Positions 17,018 to 26,860 are shown, counted from the stretch's first letter. The stretch: 64,000 bases of DNA from Candidatus Parcubacteria bacterium (GCA_016196625.1 JACPXH010000013.1:4516-68515); one strand, 5' to 3'. The notes: generated by a model from the letters alone, not told the origin. Numbers and translations are program-made.

Positions 17018-18205
17018 TTACGCTTGGTGTCGAGGTTGATCGCCAGGCAGCAGTAGTTGTACCACCGCAAGCTCAAGGGGCAGCAACGGCAGCGGCGAGC
17101 GGCGCAGCTCGTTTTCTGCCCGGATAAACCGATCAATGACTCTGGTAAGCTGGTTAATCGGGAACGCGTTTGCGTGGGCGTGTACCGCGGCGAACTCCTC
17201 ATCGGTTAGAGATGTAGAGAGTGCAGCTTTGAGTTGGGGGCTTGCGGCGAGCACCATGGCTCGGCGCAGGTGCTGGATAAGGCCCTTGGTAAATTCGTGC
17301 AGGTTGATTCCGGCATCCGAAAGCTCGTGCAGGTTGTGCACGGCGCCGGCAAGGTTATGCGCAGAGAGTAAATCAACGAAGCCTGTGATTTTTTCAATGT
17401 TCACTCGGCCGAGGATGCTCTCTACGTGGGCGAGCGTGATCGGGCTTTCGCTGAACGCAATTACCTGTTCCAGCGTGCGTTCGGCATCGCGGAGCGATCC
17501 CTCGCCCGCGGCGGCAACTGTGCGCAAGGCCGCGGCCTCAATCTTCACTCCCTCGGCTTTGGTGAGCGTAGACAAGCGCGTTTCAATTTGTGGGACCGTA
17601 AATTTTTTAAAGTCGAACCGCTGAACACGCGAGAGAATCGTGGCCGGCATGCGTTCCACCTCAGTGGTGGCTAAGACAAAGATGGCGTGCGCCGGCGGCT
17701 CTTCCAGAGTTTTTAAGAGCGCGTTGAACGCTTCCTTGGTGAGCTGATGTGCTTCGTCAATGATGTAGGCTTTGTATTTTGCTTTGGCCGGCGCGAAGCG
17801 TATGCCTTCACGCAGCTCACGGATTTCGTCAATGCCGCGGTTGGAAGCCGCGTCAATTTCCACGAGGTCGAGGGCGACCCCTTTTGAGAATTCTTGGCAG
17901 GAGAGGCATTTGTTGCAGGGTTCAACGGATTTGTGGGGCCCGCCTTCGCCAAGGCTTCGGCGGATGCTCAATGTGTCCGCGGATTTTCCTGCGGAAATTC
18001 CGGACACATTGGCACAGTTGACGGTCTTGGCGAGGATGCGGGCGAGGGTGGTTTTGCCGGTGCCGCGTGAGCCTGCAAAGAGGTACGCGTGCCCCACGCG
18101 CCCCAATGCGATGGCGTTCGTGAGCGTGCTCACCACGTGCTCTTGCCCGACTACTTCGGCAAAGGTCTGCGGTCGGTATTTGCGGTAGATAACTTGGCGC
18201 ATCAT
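17018..18205 (-). CDS. dnaX: DNA polymerase III gamma/tau subunit
   Basis: YRKYRPQTF, GSRGTGKTT, EIDAASNRG, IIDEAH, FNALLKTLEEPP. Confidence 0.97.
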   Translation of the reverse strand: MMRQVIYRKYRPQTFAEVVGQEHVVSTLTNAIALGRVGHAYLFAGSRGTGKTTLARILAKTVNCANVSGISAGKSADTLSIRRSLGEGGPHKSVEPCNKCLSCQEFSKGVALDLVEIDAASNRGIDEIRELREGIRFAPAKAKYKAYIIDEAHQLTKEAFNALLKTLEEPPAHAIFVLATTEVERMPATILSRVQRFDFKKFTVPQIETRLSTLTKAEGVKIEAAALRTVAAAGEGSLRDAERTLEQVIAFSESPITLAHVESILGRVNIEKITGFVDLLSAHNLAGAVHNLHELSDAGINLHEFTKGLIQHLRRAMVLAASPQLKAALSTSLTDEEFAAVHAHANAFPINQLTRVIDRFIRAENELRRSPLPLLPLELAVVQLLLPGDQPRHQA

Positions 18206-18282
18206 TGCGCAGGATATCACAGCGGCTCGCTACTCGGCTAGGCTCTGTCCAGTGGAGGCGTGTGCTCGTTTCTCGTGCGTCA

Positions 18283-18314
18283 ACATATTATAATACGATC
18301 GTATTATAATATGT
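18283..18314. repeat. Perfect 32-bp palindrome, family B copy 1
   Basis: ACATATTATAATACGATCGTATTATAATATGT, upstream of the PaaX/Cas2-like gene. Confidence 0.95.
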
Positions 18315-18336
18315 GAACGGGAGGGAATCAGAGCGT

Positions 18337-18921
18337 ATGAAGATAAACGGAGCGAAACCGGTGCGCCGGCGGCCGAAGCTACGCGGGCCTTCCCGGGAGT
18401 TCCTGCGGTATCTCGCCGTTGCCGGAGTCGTTGTGGCGATCTCATTGATTGCGCCGCAGCTTCCGGTACAGCTCCTCAAGAACTTCCTGCGCAGACGCCA
18501 CACGTTCGACCCGTCGTCCTTCAGGCAATTTGGTGCGCGTCTGCACAAGCAAGGGCTTGTCAAAATGCAGCAACGAGAAAGCATCCTTACGTTCCGTTTG
18601 ACTGCGGGGGGAGAACGTCTGGCGCAGCAGATCGCGCTCACTAACATCTCGATTGTTCGGCCGCCACGGTGGGATGGTCTTTGGCGGGTCGTCCTCTTTG
18701 ATATCCCGGAGCATGATCGCTTTACGCGGGATTCATTCCGCGCCCTCTTAGAGCGCATCGGATTTGTGAAGATTCAGCGGAGTGTGTTTGCTCATCCCTT
18801 TCCATGCGACAAAGAGATTGAGCTTGCCGTTCGAGTATTCCATCTCGATCGCTCGGTTATTCTGTTTACCGCGACGACTCTGAGCGACGATCGCAGACTC
18901 CGAAGTTTATTTAATCTGTAA
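18337..18921 (+). CDS. PaaX-like regulator: winged HTH plus Cas2-like ferredoxin domain
   Basis: RLHKQGLV...LTAGG wing; WDGLWRVVLFDIPE...R...R..L...GF..IQRSVF; GGAGG upstream. Confidence 0.85.
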   Translation: MKINGAKPVRRRPKLRGPSREFLRYLAVAGVVVAISLIAPQLPVQLLKNFLRRRHTFDPSSFRQFGARLHKQGLVKMQQRESILTFRLTAGGERLAQQIALTNISIVRPPRWDGLWRVVLFDIPEHDRFTRDSFRALLERIGFVKIQRSVFAHPFPCDKEIELAVRVFHLDRSVILFTATTLSDDRRLRSLFNL

Positions 18922-19001
18922 GCCGAGCAGATTCTCGATCTGGTTTCTGATTTTCTGTTTGCCAAATTATACTACGATCGTATTATAATGCGTAAACGTT
19001 T
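18906..19001 (+). repeat. 96-bp block containing family B palindrome copy 2 (18966-18989), duplicated at 37518-37613
   Basis: Direct comparison by eye shows two mismatches over 96 bp. Confidence 0.92.
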
Positions 19002-19104
19002 GGAGTATATAATATATGGGATACATAATGGGTATATGAAAACTACGGTCGGTAATCGGCGAAAACTTAGCACCGTGGCCGGAAAATCGAAACGCAAAAA
19101 AGAT

Positions 19105-19136
19105 TGGGGCGGGCAACCAGCTGGTTGCCCGCCCCA
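19105..19136 (-). terminator. Intrinsic terminator of the ORFan operon
   Basis: TGGGGCGGGCAACCAGCTGGTTGCCCGCCCCA hairpin followed by a T-run on the minus strand. Confidence 0.75.
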
Positions 19137-19155
19137 TCGTTGAAGGATCGTTGGG

Positions 19156-19763
19156 CTACTCGGTTCTGCCCGGCAGACGTTCGGTCGCCACACTATACAG
19201 CAGTCTTGCTCGGGAGCTTGGCAGCGGCCCCAGCGCACGATTGGCCTCGCGCAGGGCCTCGGCGTCATCCTCCGGCGACTCTACGGGCTCGAGGAAATCC
19301 GAGAGTTCGGCGAGCGTAAGCTGGAACGAATCCTCGTAGAGCTCGCCGATCGTAATGGTAAAAGTTACCGCATCCGGGTCCAGCGTCTCGTCGCGCGCCA
19401 CGCGAAGCGCGGCTTTGTCCGCCAAGAGACTCGCAAGCGAGTGAGCTATCACCCGTTCGGGATCGTCGCGCGGGTCGAGAAGTTCCGAGAGATCGAGCCA
19501 AGCCTCTCCTCGCGCGGGGAACAGTTCTACCTGGAGGAGATTCTCGAACTCAATCGTAAGTTCCGGCTCCTCCGCTCCCAGATCTACCAGTGGGCGCGAG
19601 AGGGTAAGTTGAACCGCGCGCGTCCGGCTTTCGGCAGCAGACGTGCCGAGAACGAACCGAGTACCCCTCCTCTCGCGGACCCCCTCGAAGTGGGGGTGAT
19701 GATTTGTCCGCTTCCGGCATCCGCTCCGCTGATGAGGCGGACGCCTTTCTTCTCCTTGGGCAT
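19156..19763 (-). pseudogene. Probable frameshifted hypothetical gene
   Basis: AAGGAGGG plus ATG at 19763 gives a short frame; an overlapping frame without its own upstream start runs to 19156; G5 run near 19680-19684. Confidence 0.5.
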
Positions 19764-19813
19764 AATATTCCCTCCTTTCCCACGGCGCGCTCGAGCGCGC
19801 CGTGCGTACGAGG

Positions 19814-20335
19814 TTAAACTTGAGTTACCCTTCTGTTTCCTCGGAGCCACTTGGTCTGCTGGAGCCGGCCGGTTCGCCAATCGTAGGCGAAGGTCGCGGC
19901 GAACACAAGTCCGAAGAACAGGAATGCTGCCCGCTCATAGAAGGCTCCACTCACGAATACCACGGGCAACGCGGTCAGGGGCACCAGGTATACGAGTAGT
20001 GAGACGACGACGAGATTGTGGTACGTATCGGTGAGTGTATTCCTCCAGATACCGCTGGCTATCACTGTTGCGTCGAGAACCCCTACGGCGACGCTCGCCC
20101 AACCGATGGCGAGCTGATTCCGACGGAGCCACTCCGGCGCGCCCTCGCGTTGGAGCACTGTGACTCCGATCATCACACAGACGATCAACGCCACGTCTCC
20201 GTACGCGTTTGAGAGCGCGATGTTATATGGGAACCCCTCGAAGTATCGACGGCCTAGCGGCAGGATGCCGATACACAGGAAGAAGAGAACCGCGAACGTG
20301 AGCCAGATCGGCATTGCGGCTAGCAGGTTGAGCAC
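19814..20335 (-). CDS. Hypothetical membrane protein
   Basis: About 5 TM; GAGGGG Shine-Dalgarno before GTG. Confidence 0.65.
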   Translation of the reverse strand: MLNLLAAMPIWLTFAVLFFLCIGILPLGRRYFEGFPYNIALSNAYGDVALIVCVMIGVTVLQREGAPEWLRRNQLAIGWASVAVGVLDATVIASGIWRNTLTDTYHNLVVVSLLVYLVPLTALPVVFVSGAFYERAAFLFFGLVFAATFAYDWRTGRLQQTKWLRGNRRVTQV

Positions 20336-20504
20336 GGCGTACCCCCTCTTCTGTTTTTCGGCTCGGTCATTCGAGCCGAGGTTTGAGTAAAAAGAACGCC
20401 CGATTCCTCCTTCTCTAAAAGCACTACTCGGTAATGCTCTCGGAAAAGGTTGGGAGAACGAGCGGCTGTCCCGCAGGATAGACCAACTCGTTCTCCCGAT
20501 AACG

Positions 20505-21050
20505 CTAGGCGGTCTCGGCGCGCTTGATCACCGTGAGCATCTCGTCCAGCAGCTCGCGGCGTTTACGGATTGCGATGAGACTCGTTTCGCGGCGCTTTTC
20601 GGCCCTCGCGAGCGCATTACGGAACGCCGAGACGACCTCATCGAAGAAGAAGAACTCCCAGGTTGGTTGACCACTATCCTCGGTACAGTGGAGATGGAAT
20701 CTGCGTGCAGGGCAGATCCGCAGAACCAAAAAGGTCCCTTTCTCTCCCAAGCACAGCTCCTCGTCCAGGTCGGTCCCGTTGATGGCGTCGTGGACCTGCT
20801 GTCGCAACAGCCGTACCGACCTCTCCTTGGTAAAATGGTTGGGGGGGAGCTGGGGACAACGCTCGCCGTGCGCGGCGTAGATCCACTCGATCGGTACCGC
20901 GATGTGTCCAAGGATCGGTTTCAGACGTTGCACGAGCTCGGAGACGATTTCTCTCGCCTTCGCTGCGCACTCGAGATCCCGGACGGTCGAGTCTTCACCG
21001 TACATGAGATCATGAACGCGGAAACTTGTCGGACTGTTGGGCGTACCCAT
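20505..21050 (-). CDS. Hypothetical protein
   Basis: 181-aa ORF with GGAGGA Shine-Dalgarno. Confidence 0.65.
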   Translation of the reverse strand: MGTPNSPTSFRVHDLMYGEDSTVRDLECAAKAREIVSELVQRLKPILGHIAVPIEWIYAAHGERCPQLPPNHFTKERSVRLLRQQVHDAINGTDLDEELCLGEKGTFLVLRICPARRFHLHCTEDSGQPTWEFFFFDEVVSAFRNALARAEKRRETSLIAIRKRRELLDEMLTVIKRAETA

Positions 21051-21193
21051 TGTCAGTCCTCCGTTCGTCTGCGCGCGCCGTATGTGGCGCTACGGCTGCC
21101 GAGATTCCTCTGCGGCAACGAAGAACAGACTGGCTAGAAATCCCCTCTTCGCTGCCGCAGAAATGGCTTTGGTTCTGAAAACTTGTTTAGCGT

Positions 21194-21222
21194 ACTATAC
21201 TCTTTACTGCATTTACTGTCAA
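21194..21222 (-). promoter_or_regulatory. Consensus sigma70 promoter for the ORFan operon
   Basis: TTGACA-17-TATAGT. Confidence 0.7.
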
Positions 21223-21354
21223 TAGGAAAGAGACGGGTTTTCAACCGGCTGTATGTATCGGACGATGAGGTCCTTCGCTTCTTGATAAGCTCGAGGCTCA
21301 GGATGACGCCTTGCGTCACTTCGTCATCCCTCGACGAGCTCGGGACTCCTCACA

Positions 21355-21412
21355 TTTACGCATTATAATACGATCGTAGTATAATGTGGCAGACAAAAAA
21401 TTAGAACTAGAG
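21355..21412 (-). repeat. Family B palindrome copy 3 (21361-21386) with extended flank, inverted relative to copy 2
   Basis: Reverse complement TCTAGTTCTAATTTTTTGTCTGCCACATTATACTACGATCGTATTATAATGCGTAAA aligns to about 18939-18996. Confidence 0.88.
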
Positions 21413-21481
21413 ACAGAATTTAAACTCTGTCTGCTTAGCAATGACGCTCCGTGCGGGAGGTGCTGTGAGGCAACTGCGCAA

Positions 21482-24400
21482 CTAAACAGCCGTCGGCGGC
21501 TCGATCGCTTTACCTCCGACGATGAATTTTTTGAGGAAGGTCTCGACGGTCATCTGCAGCGGTCGCTCGCGGCTGGGCGTGATTTTGAGATAGTCTTGAA
21601 CACGTCGGGCAAGCCCGCCGAAATCACGCATAGCCGGAGAGTCTTTTTCAGCGAGTAGTCTTTCCACGGTTAAGGTTTTGAGTTCGGCTAATTTACTCGA
21701 AGGCAGCTCAACGGATTTGAGCAGTTCGGAGAAAGCTCGCTGCTGGCTTCCAAAATCCGGCGAGAGGGTCAGGCGCTGGCGGGTCGCATCGAGCCGCTGC
21801 ATCTCCTCGAAGATGGCGCTCTCGCGCGCTTGGTTGTCGGCGGCGTTGTGCCACTCGTACTCAAGGCGTTGGCGGACGTCGTGGATGCGCTGGAGCACCT
21901 CTTCCTGTTTGATCAAATCCGCCTGTCTAAAGTCGCGGTGCAGCTCGTCCAGCGCGGAGGAAAATTCATCGGGTGGAGCAACGGCAATCTGCTCCACTTG
22001 TTTGGTTATTTCAGCCGAAGGAGCAATTTTCTCTTGTAGCCACTCGGGCACTTCCTTGCCCAAGCGGCGGTAGATGTCGGCCAAGTCCTTCGCCGTGCCC
22101 GTGGCAAGGCCGCTTTCCGGGATTACTTCAAAGTGCGCCGGCGCGCCTTCCGCAGCTGACACAAACTTGACCACGTCCCCGGGATGAACCAAATCAGGCA
22201 GGTGCTGGACCGATTGTTCCCACGCCGCGGCAAACTCTTTGGCCGAAATTTTGCCCTCCCCTGCACCGACCAGAGATTTCGCCGCATCCCAGACGTTGCC
22301 GCCCTGCTCGATGGTTGCGGCCGGCGCCTGAGCGATTGCTTCGGTCAACGCGCTAGGTTCCGTTGCACCGTGCCATTCGCGCATTCCGACGGCCCTGGCC
22401 GCTTCGCGGAGAGCTTCGTTTTGCTGGTCTGATAGCTTAACTGCCTGTTCGATTTCTGCTTCGCTTAAGCCGGCCGGAACAGTTGGCGGAGTTTCCTGAA
22501 ATTGTTTGATCGCTTCTTCGCCCATCCCCTCCGGCTTTCCGTATGCGGCTTCATCATGGCTCGGCGGAGACGTGGCTTCGATGTGTCGAACCTCATCGCT
22601 CAACGAGCCAGAGGCGTGGGGGCCGCGCGTCAAATCTGCTCGGTCAAAACGCATCGCCGTGAACCGTTCGCTCGTATCGTTGAAGTTTTTCCACCAGTTT
22701 TGCGCCGCAGCCTCGGCGGCGCCCGACACGCTTTTCTCGGACAATTCGTCTGTTATAGCGCCAATCCCTTTTCCCTCAAACTCTGTCAGCAGTTCCTCTA
22801 CAACCTCCACGGGCGGCCTCTCGAGCAGGGCGTTGACCGCCGCACCGCCAATGCCGTAGGCAATGGCGAGTTTGCTTGCGGCTTGGAAGAATTCGCCCGT
22901 TCGCTCCAGGCCCGTTCGGCGCCCCCGCGCTTCTTTGGATCGCAGCATCCCGCCGGTCAGACCGTGGAGCGTTTCGGCCGTGCTCGTCAAAAACAGGTCC
23001 TTTGCTTGTGCGATTCTCTTGCCCCGGAATGACGCGGAATGTTCGCCGTCCCACGCGGCTTTTTCGTACGCGCGGCCCGCCTTTGCCCATCGCTCCGCAG
23101 CCGCGGTGGCCGCGTACGCAGCGCCGCGCAGCACCGGCATCCCGCCGAGCACAAGGGCGGTATTCAGCGCTTCGCGAGCCACCTGATAGCCGGAGATTTT
23201 GGTGTTGAGGTAGAGACGCGAAAGCTTGTCGGCGCGGCTCATATCTTCTTGGCGTAACTCTTCGTCGGTCCGTTTGCGTTCGGCCATGATGCTGGCAAGG
23301 CGTTTTCGAAACTCCTTTTTTTCGTGCGCCGGGAGGTACTGCGCCTGCTCAAGCGCCTCTTTGAAACGTTTGACCGTTGGCGCCACCGCCTCGGTGTAGG
23401 CAAGGTTGTCAGGTCGGTAGAGCGCCGTTCGCTCTTCGGCTGCCCGGCGCTCGGCGCGGAGCGTATGAGCCATTTCAGCAAGTGCTGCCTGCACTTCTCG
23501 TCGCTCTCGGCGGACTTTTCCGCGTTGGCGCCCCCACGCAAAAACGTCATAGAAGAATTTCACGCCCAGGAGGGAGCCTGCGGTTTTGGCCGCGGCAGCG
23601 CCAACGTGCTTGAGCACGCCGGCCGCCACCCGACCGGCTTTGGGCCGCTCGCGGCGTCTTTCGGCAGTAGCGTCAGACGGAGGAGCAGACTCGCGCATGC
23701 TGCGGGCAAGGGCATGCACGCGGGCGAGCGCATCCGCGATCTCGGGATCTCCGGGTTGGCGCGCTTCGGCCTTGTCTGCGCCCTGTGCAGTTTCAGCCAA
23801 AACCCGTGCGCGCTCTTCTCCCTCGCTGGCCGCCTCGGTTACGGCCGCTGCGTAGTCGTAGGCTGTCTCGCCATCAGCGGCGCGACTCGGCGAGGGGGCT
23901 TGTCGTTCGACTGGTTCGGTTTGGGTGGGTTCCGGTCGTTCAGGCGTAGCTGGTGGTATCGTTTGTTGCAGCAGCGCCCAGTGACTCTCTTCCGTAGTTT
24001 GTTGTCGTTGCGTTCGGGTCGGGCCGCCGTCGTTTGGAAATTCGTCTGGATGCTGTTCCAGCAGCCGTGAGGCTTGCGTGCGCGCCTCCGCTTCAGTGAA
24101 TACCGAGAGGTCGGCATTGGCCGCAATGACCCGGCGGATTTCATCTGCTTGAGCCGACTGTTCTTCGCGCTGGAGCCGTTCGGTTCGGGTCGGGCCGCTG
24201 GTCGGGTACAGATCCGGTCGGGTGAGGAGACGCTGGATCGCTTCTGCCCGGCTCATATCAACTCCGGCCGCGCGCGCTTCTTCCACCATGCGGTGGATTT
24301 CATCCTCATCAGGCGAAAGCGCCGGCTTTTCCGGCTCTGGCCGCGCTGCGGCGTCGGCCATCGCCGCTTCGTCGGCTGCGACCGTTGTCGTCATCTCACT

Positions 24401-25903
24401 CGCAGCGCGTCTGGCAGCCTTATCCGCAGCTTCTTCTGCGTCCGGCTTTGCCGGTCTGGTTGGCGCGGTTGTCAGCTCTTCGGCCGGGGGTTGGGCGGTA
24501 CCGGCACGGTGTCGCGCCCGCGCGCGGCGAAGCGAGTCTTCGTCCCAAGCCAGATCGCCTTCATCATAAACACGTCCACCCCTTGCCTTTCTTTGATTGC
24601 GCTGTTTTTGTGGTCTGGTTTCGTCTGCGGCCGGTGCTGGCGTTTCCGCTTCGATCGTCGTGAGAACATCCGGCTCTTTTTCTGCTAAGTCGTACGCTTC
24701 CCATTGACTGATGCCGTGCTGTTGAGCTAGACGGTTTACCAGTTCCCAGTGGTGGCGGGTCTGCTCATAGTTGCGGACGTTTGACGGGGCAGGCGGCGCT
24801 TCGCCTGGCTCAGGAGTCGGAGGTGGCGCCGGTTCGGGTTTTGGCTCTGGCGCGGGGGGCGTTTCCGGACCGGCGATTTGCTTGACGGCGTTCAATGAGT
24901 AGTAATGGATAATGTGCTCGCGCGCGGCACGCTCATCTCCGTTTGCGGTGCGCCCGGCCAAGGACCGTATTTCATTTTGGAGCTGCGCCGATTGCTCCGG
25001 CGTGAGCCCTTGGAGGAATGTTTCAATTTCGGTCTGCAGTTCGGGCGGATTTTCCGGATACTCGCGTTTTCCCCGGCGTTGTTCGGCAGGCGCAGGAGCG
25101 GGCGGGCTGACTACGCGCTCGCGCGACCAGTCCGGATAGCGGCGCAAAATCAAAAGACTCGCCTCACGGATCATTTGGGCGCGGTTTTCCGGCGTTACCG
25201 GTATTTCGTGGTTACTCAAAAAGATCTCTGCTTCTTTTTCAAGGAGTGCCTGTGTGTCTGTCGGCAGATTCGCAAGATCGCTCAAGGCATTCTCGAGCGC
25301 AGCTTTTTCCTCCGGAGTTTTGGGCGGGGCCGTCAGTTCAGCAAAAGTTTTCTCCCAGCGCTTTGGTCGTCGCGGCGCGGGAGTGGGCACTGGCTTTTCA
25401 CCGGAAGTCTCCGTGGCGGCAGGGGTTGGTTCGGCAGGCGGAGCTTCTCGGCCAGCCGCGTCGCTTGTCTCTTCGATTTCGGCAGCGTCAGCAGCCGGGG
25501 TACCTTCAGTTGTCTCAATCACGGCCGGGGATGGTAATGGCTCCACGGGTAGTCCGCGGGGCACGCTCCCCGCCCGCCGCGCGCGCCGGGTGTCTGGCTC
25601 TTCGTCAGGCTGACCCCCTATCTCTGGTGAGTCCTTTGCTCTTGGCGGGGGCGGAACGGTTTCGGCACGCTGGAGGAATTTAAGCCGTCTGTCGAGCGCC
25701 ATGAGCTTTATTTTCGCCTCGGGCCTTTCAAGAACGCCGAGCGCCTCGACTCTCCGCATTGCCTCCTCGTACGCTTCCTGCTCTTCGGGCAGGAAAGTTT
25801 CCCCGTTGTTGTTGCGCTTGGCTTCTTCGTAGGCAAACTTAATGAAATCGGCCAACGCCTGTTCATGACTTTCAGTCCACGGGTTTGGGATTTCTCTCGA
25901 CAT
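21482..25903 (-). CDS. Giant Pro/Glu/Ala-rich protein (about 1470 aa) with hydrophobic segments and a LysM-like motif
   Basis: Long ORF; low-complexity N-terminal half; TIEQGGNVWDAAK...DLVHPGD motif. Confidence 0.8.
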   Translation of the reverse strand: MSREIPNPWTESHEQALADFIKFAYEEAKRNNNGETFLPEEQEAYEEAMRRVEALGVLERPEAKIKLMALDRRLKFLQRAETVPPPPRAKDSPEIGGQPDEEPDTRRARRAGSVPRGLPVEPLPSPAVIETTEGTPAADAAEIEETSDAAGREAPPAEPTPAATETSGEKPVPTPAPRRPKRWEKTFAELTAPPKTPEEKAALENALSDLANLPTDTQALLEKEAEIFLSNHEIPVTPENRAQMIREASLLILRRYPDWSRERVVSPPAPAPAEQRRGKREYPENPPELQTEIETFLQGLTPEQSAQLQNEIRSLAGRTANGDERAAREHIIHYYSLNAVKQIAGPETPPAPEPKPEPAPPPTPEPGEAPPAPSNVRNYEQTRHHWELVNRLAQQHGISQWEAYDLAEKEPDVLTTIEAETPAPAADETRPQKQRNQRKARGGRVYDEGDLAWDEDSLRRARARHRAGTAQPPAEELTTAPTRPAKPDAEEAADKAARRAASEMTTTVAADEAAMADAAARPEPEKPALSPDEDEIHRMVEEARAAGVDMSRAEAIQRLLTRPDLYPTSGPTRTERLQREEQSAQADEIRRVIAANADLSVFTEAEARTQASRLLEQHPDEFPNDGGPTRTQRQQTTEESHWALLQQTIPPATPERPEPTQTEPVERQAPSPSRAADGETAYDYAAAVTEAASEGEERARVLAETAQGADKAEARQPGDPEIADALARVHALARSMRESAPPSDATAERRRERPKAGRVAAGVLKHVGAAAAKTAGSLLGVKFFYDVFAWGRQRGKVRRERREVQAALAEMAHTLRAERRAAEERTALYRPDNLAYTEAVAPTVKRFKEALEQAQYLPAHEKKEFRKRLASIMAERKRTDEELRQEDMSRADKLSRLYLNTKISGYQVAREALNTALVLGGMPVLRGAAYAATAAAERWAKAGRAYEKAAWDGEHSASFRGKRIAQAKDLFLTSTAETLHGLTGGMLRSKEARGRRTGLERTGEFFQAASKLAIAYGIGGAAVNALLERPPVEVVEELLTEFEGKGIGAITDELSEKSVSGAAEAAAQNWWKNFNDTSERFTAMRFDRADLTRGPHASGSLSDEVRHIEATSPPSHDEAAYGKPEGMGEEAIKQFQETPPTVPAGLSEAEIEQAVKLSDQQNEALREAARAVGMREWHGATEPSALTEAIAQAPAATIEQGGNVWDAAKSLVGAGEGKISAKEFAAAWEQSVQHLPDLVHPGDVVKFVSAAEGAPAHFEVIPESGLATGTAKDLADIYRRLGKEVPEWLQEKIAPSAEITKQVEQIAVAPPDEFSSALDELHRDFRQADLIKQEEVLQRIHDVRQRLEYEWHNAADNQARESAIFEEMQRLDATRQRLTLSPDFGSQQRAFSELLKSVELPSSKLAELKTLTVERLLAEKDSPAMRDFGGLARRVQDYLKITPSRERPLQMTVETFLKKFIVGGKAIEPPTAV

Positions 25904-25920
25904 GATCGTGCTGATTGCGG

Positions 25921-26250
25921 TTACCTGTCTCTCCGTTCCTTCAACGCTCGCTCCAGTTCGGAAACTGCGGAGGTTGCTTGCTCGTTTATCTGTTTCTCGC
26001 GAGCACTGCGCTCCGCGGCGAATTGCCTCAACCGTTCCAACCACTGCGCATCAATAGCGGCTGTGGCTGCGTCCAACACTCGTTTCTCGAGTAAGTCAGA
26101 GAAACGCATAAGCTGTTCCGGGGTCATCTCGGGCAGCATGGCGAGCCACGCCTGCTTTTCGTCTTCCGGCAAGGGGGCCGTAGCCAACAGGAGGCCGAGC
26201 TTCCTGCCGAGCAAGCCAGCAAGGGTTTGGACTTTTTCAACGCTTGGCAT
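25921..26250 (-). CDS. Hypothetical helical protein
   Basis: Operon-like packing between the GtrA gene and the giant gene. Confidence 0.65.
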   Translation of the reverse strand: MPSVEKVQTLAGLLGRKLGLLLATAPLPEDEKQAWLAMLPEMTPEQLMRFSDLLEKRVLDAATAAIDAQWLERLRQFAAERSAREKQINEQATSAVSELERALKERRDR

Positions 26251-26860
26251 TGAATACGAAAATTTTAAAGCCAAGAAAATTCCCGGCGAGAGCCAGTATT
26301 GTTCCGGCGAGGTTTGCGACGTTGAGCCACTGTGTCGCCGTGAGTCCCGTAGGCGGGCTCGCAAAATGGGTGATGGCAGAAACTAATAGTGCTGCCAAGA
26401 GCGAGCTCGTGAGCGTAACGGCAGAAAACTGTAGATATTGCACTGGTGCCGCGCGCGCTGCAGTTGCATTGAAGGTCCAGTTTTTGTTCCACAAGAAGCT
26501 ATGGGTGTTCGCGATGACAAAGGCCATAACAACGAACACCCCTGCGCCGAGCCCTTGCGTGACGCCAGTGAGGTGTGCGAGGAAATTGAGGATGGCAAAA
26601 CTCAAGAGCGTATTGACCACTCCAATCAGGCCATACTTAGCGAACTGGTAGAGTGTCGGTAGCTGTCGGGTGAGCACTGCCGCAAACCATAGGCCAACTG
26701 GTGCGGCGATCCCCACCACCAGCCACAGCCACGGCAGGAAAGAGCGCACGAGCGAATTACCCACGCTAGCACTCGTGAGCACGTACCACGCGAGGAGTCC
26801 CGCGGCGACTCCGATCACTGTGGCATTCAACGCATCGTGTGCGGCAAGCTTTGGGGTCAT
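26237..26860 (-). CDS. GtrA-family membrane protein
   Basis: QFAKYGLIGVVNT, SFLWNKNWTF, NFLGFKIFVF. Confidence 0.9.
   Translation of the reverse strand: MTPKLAAHDALNATVIGVAAGLLAWYVLTSASVGNSLVRSFLPWLWLVVGIAAPVGLWFAAVLTRQLPTLYQFAKYGLIGVVNTLLSFAILNFLAHLTGVTQGLGAGVFVVMAFVIANTHSFLWNKNWTFNATAARAAPVQYLQFSAVTLTSSLLAALLVSAITHFASPPTGLTATQWLNVANLAGTILALAGNFLGFKIFVFNAKR

Noticed and set aside
18337-18921. CRISPR-Cas locus suggested by the Cas2-like motif
   Set aside because: No repeat-spacer array or other cas gene is present; the palindromes are dispersed, not regularly spaced.
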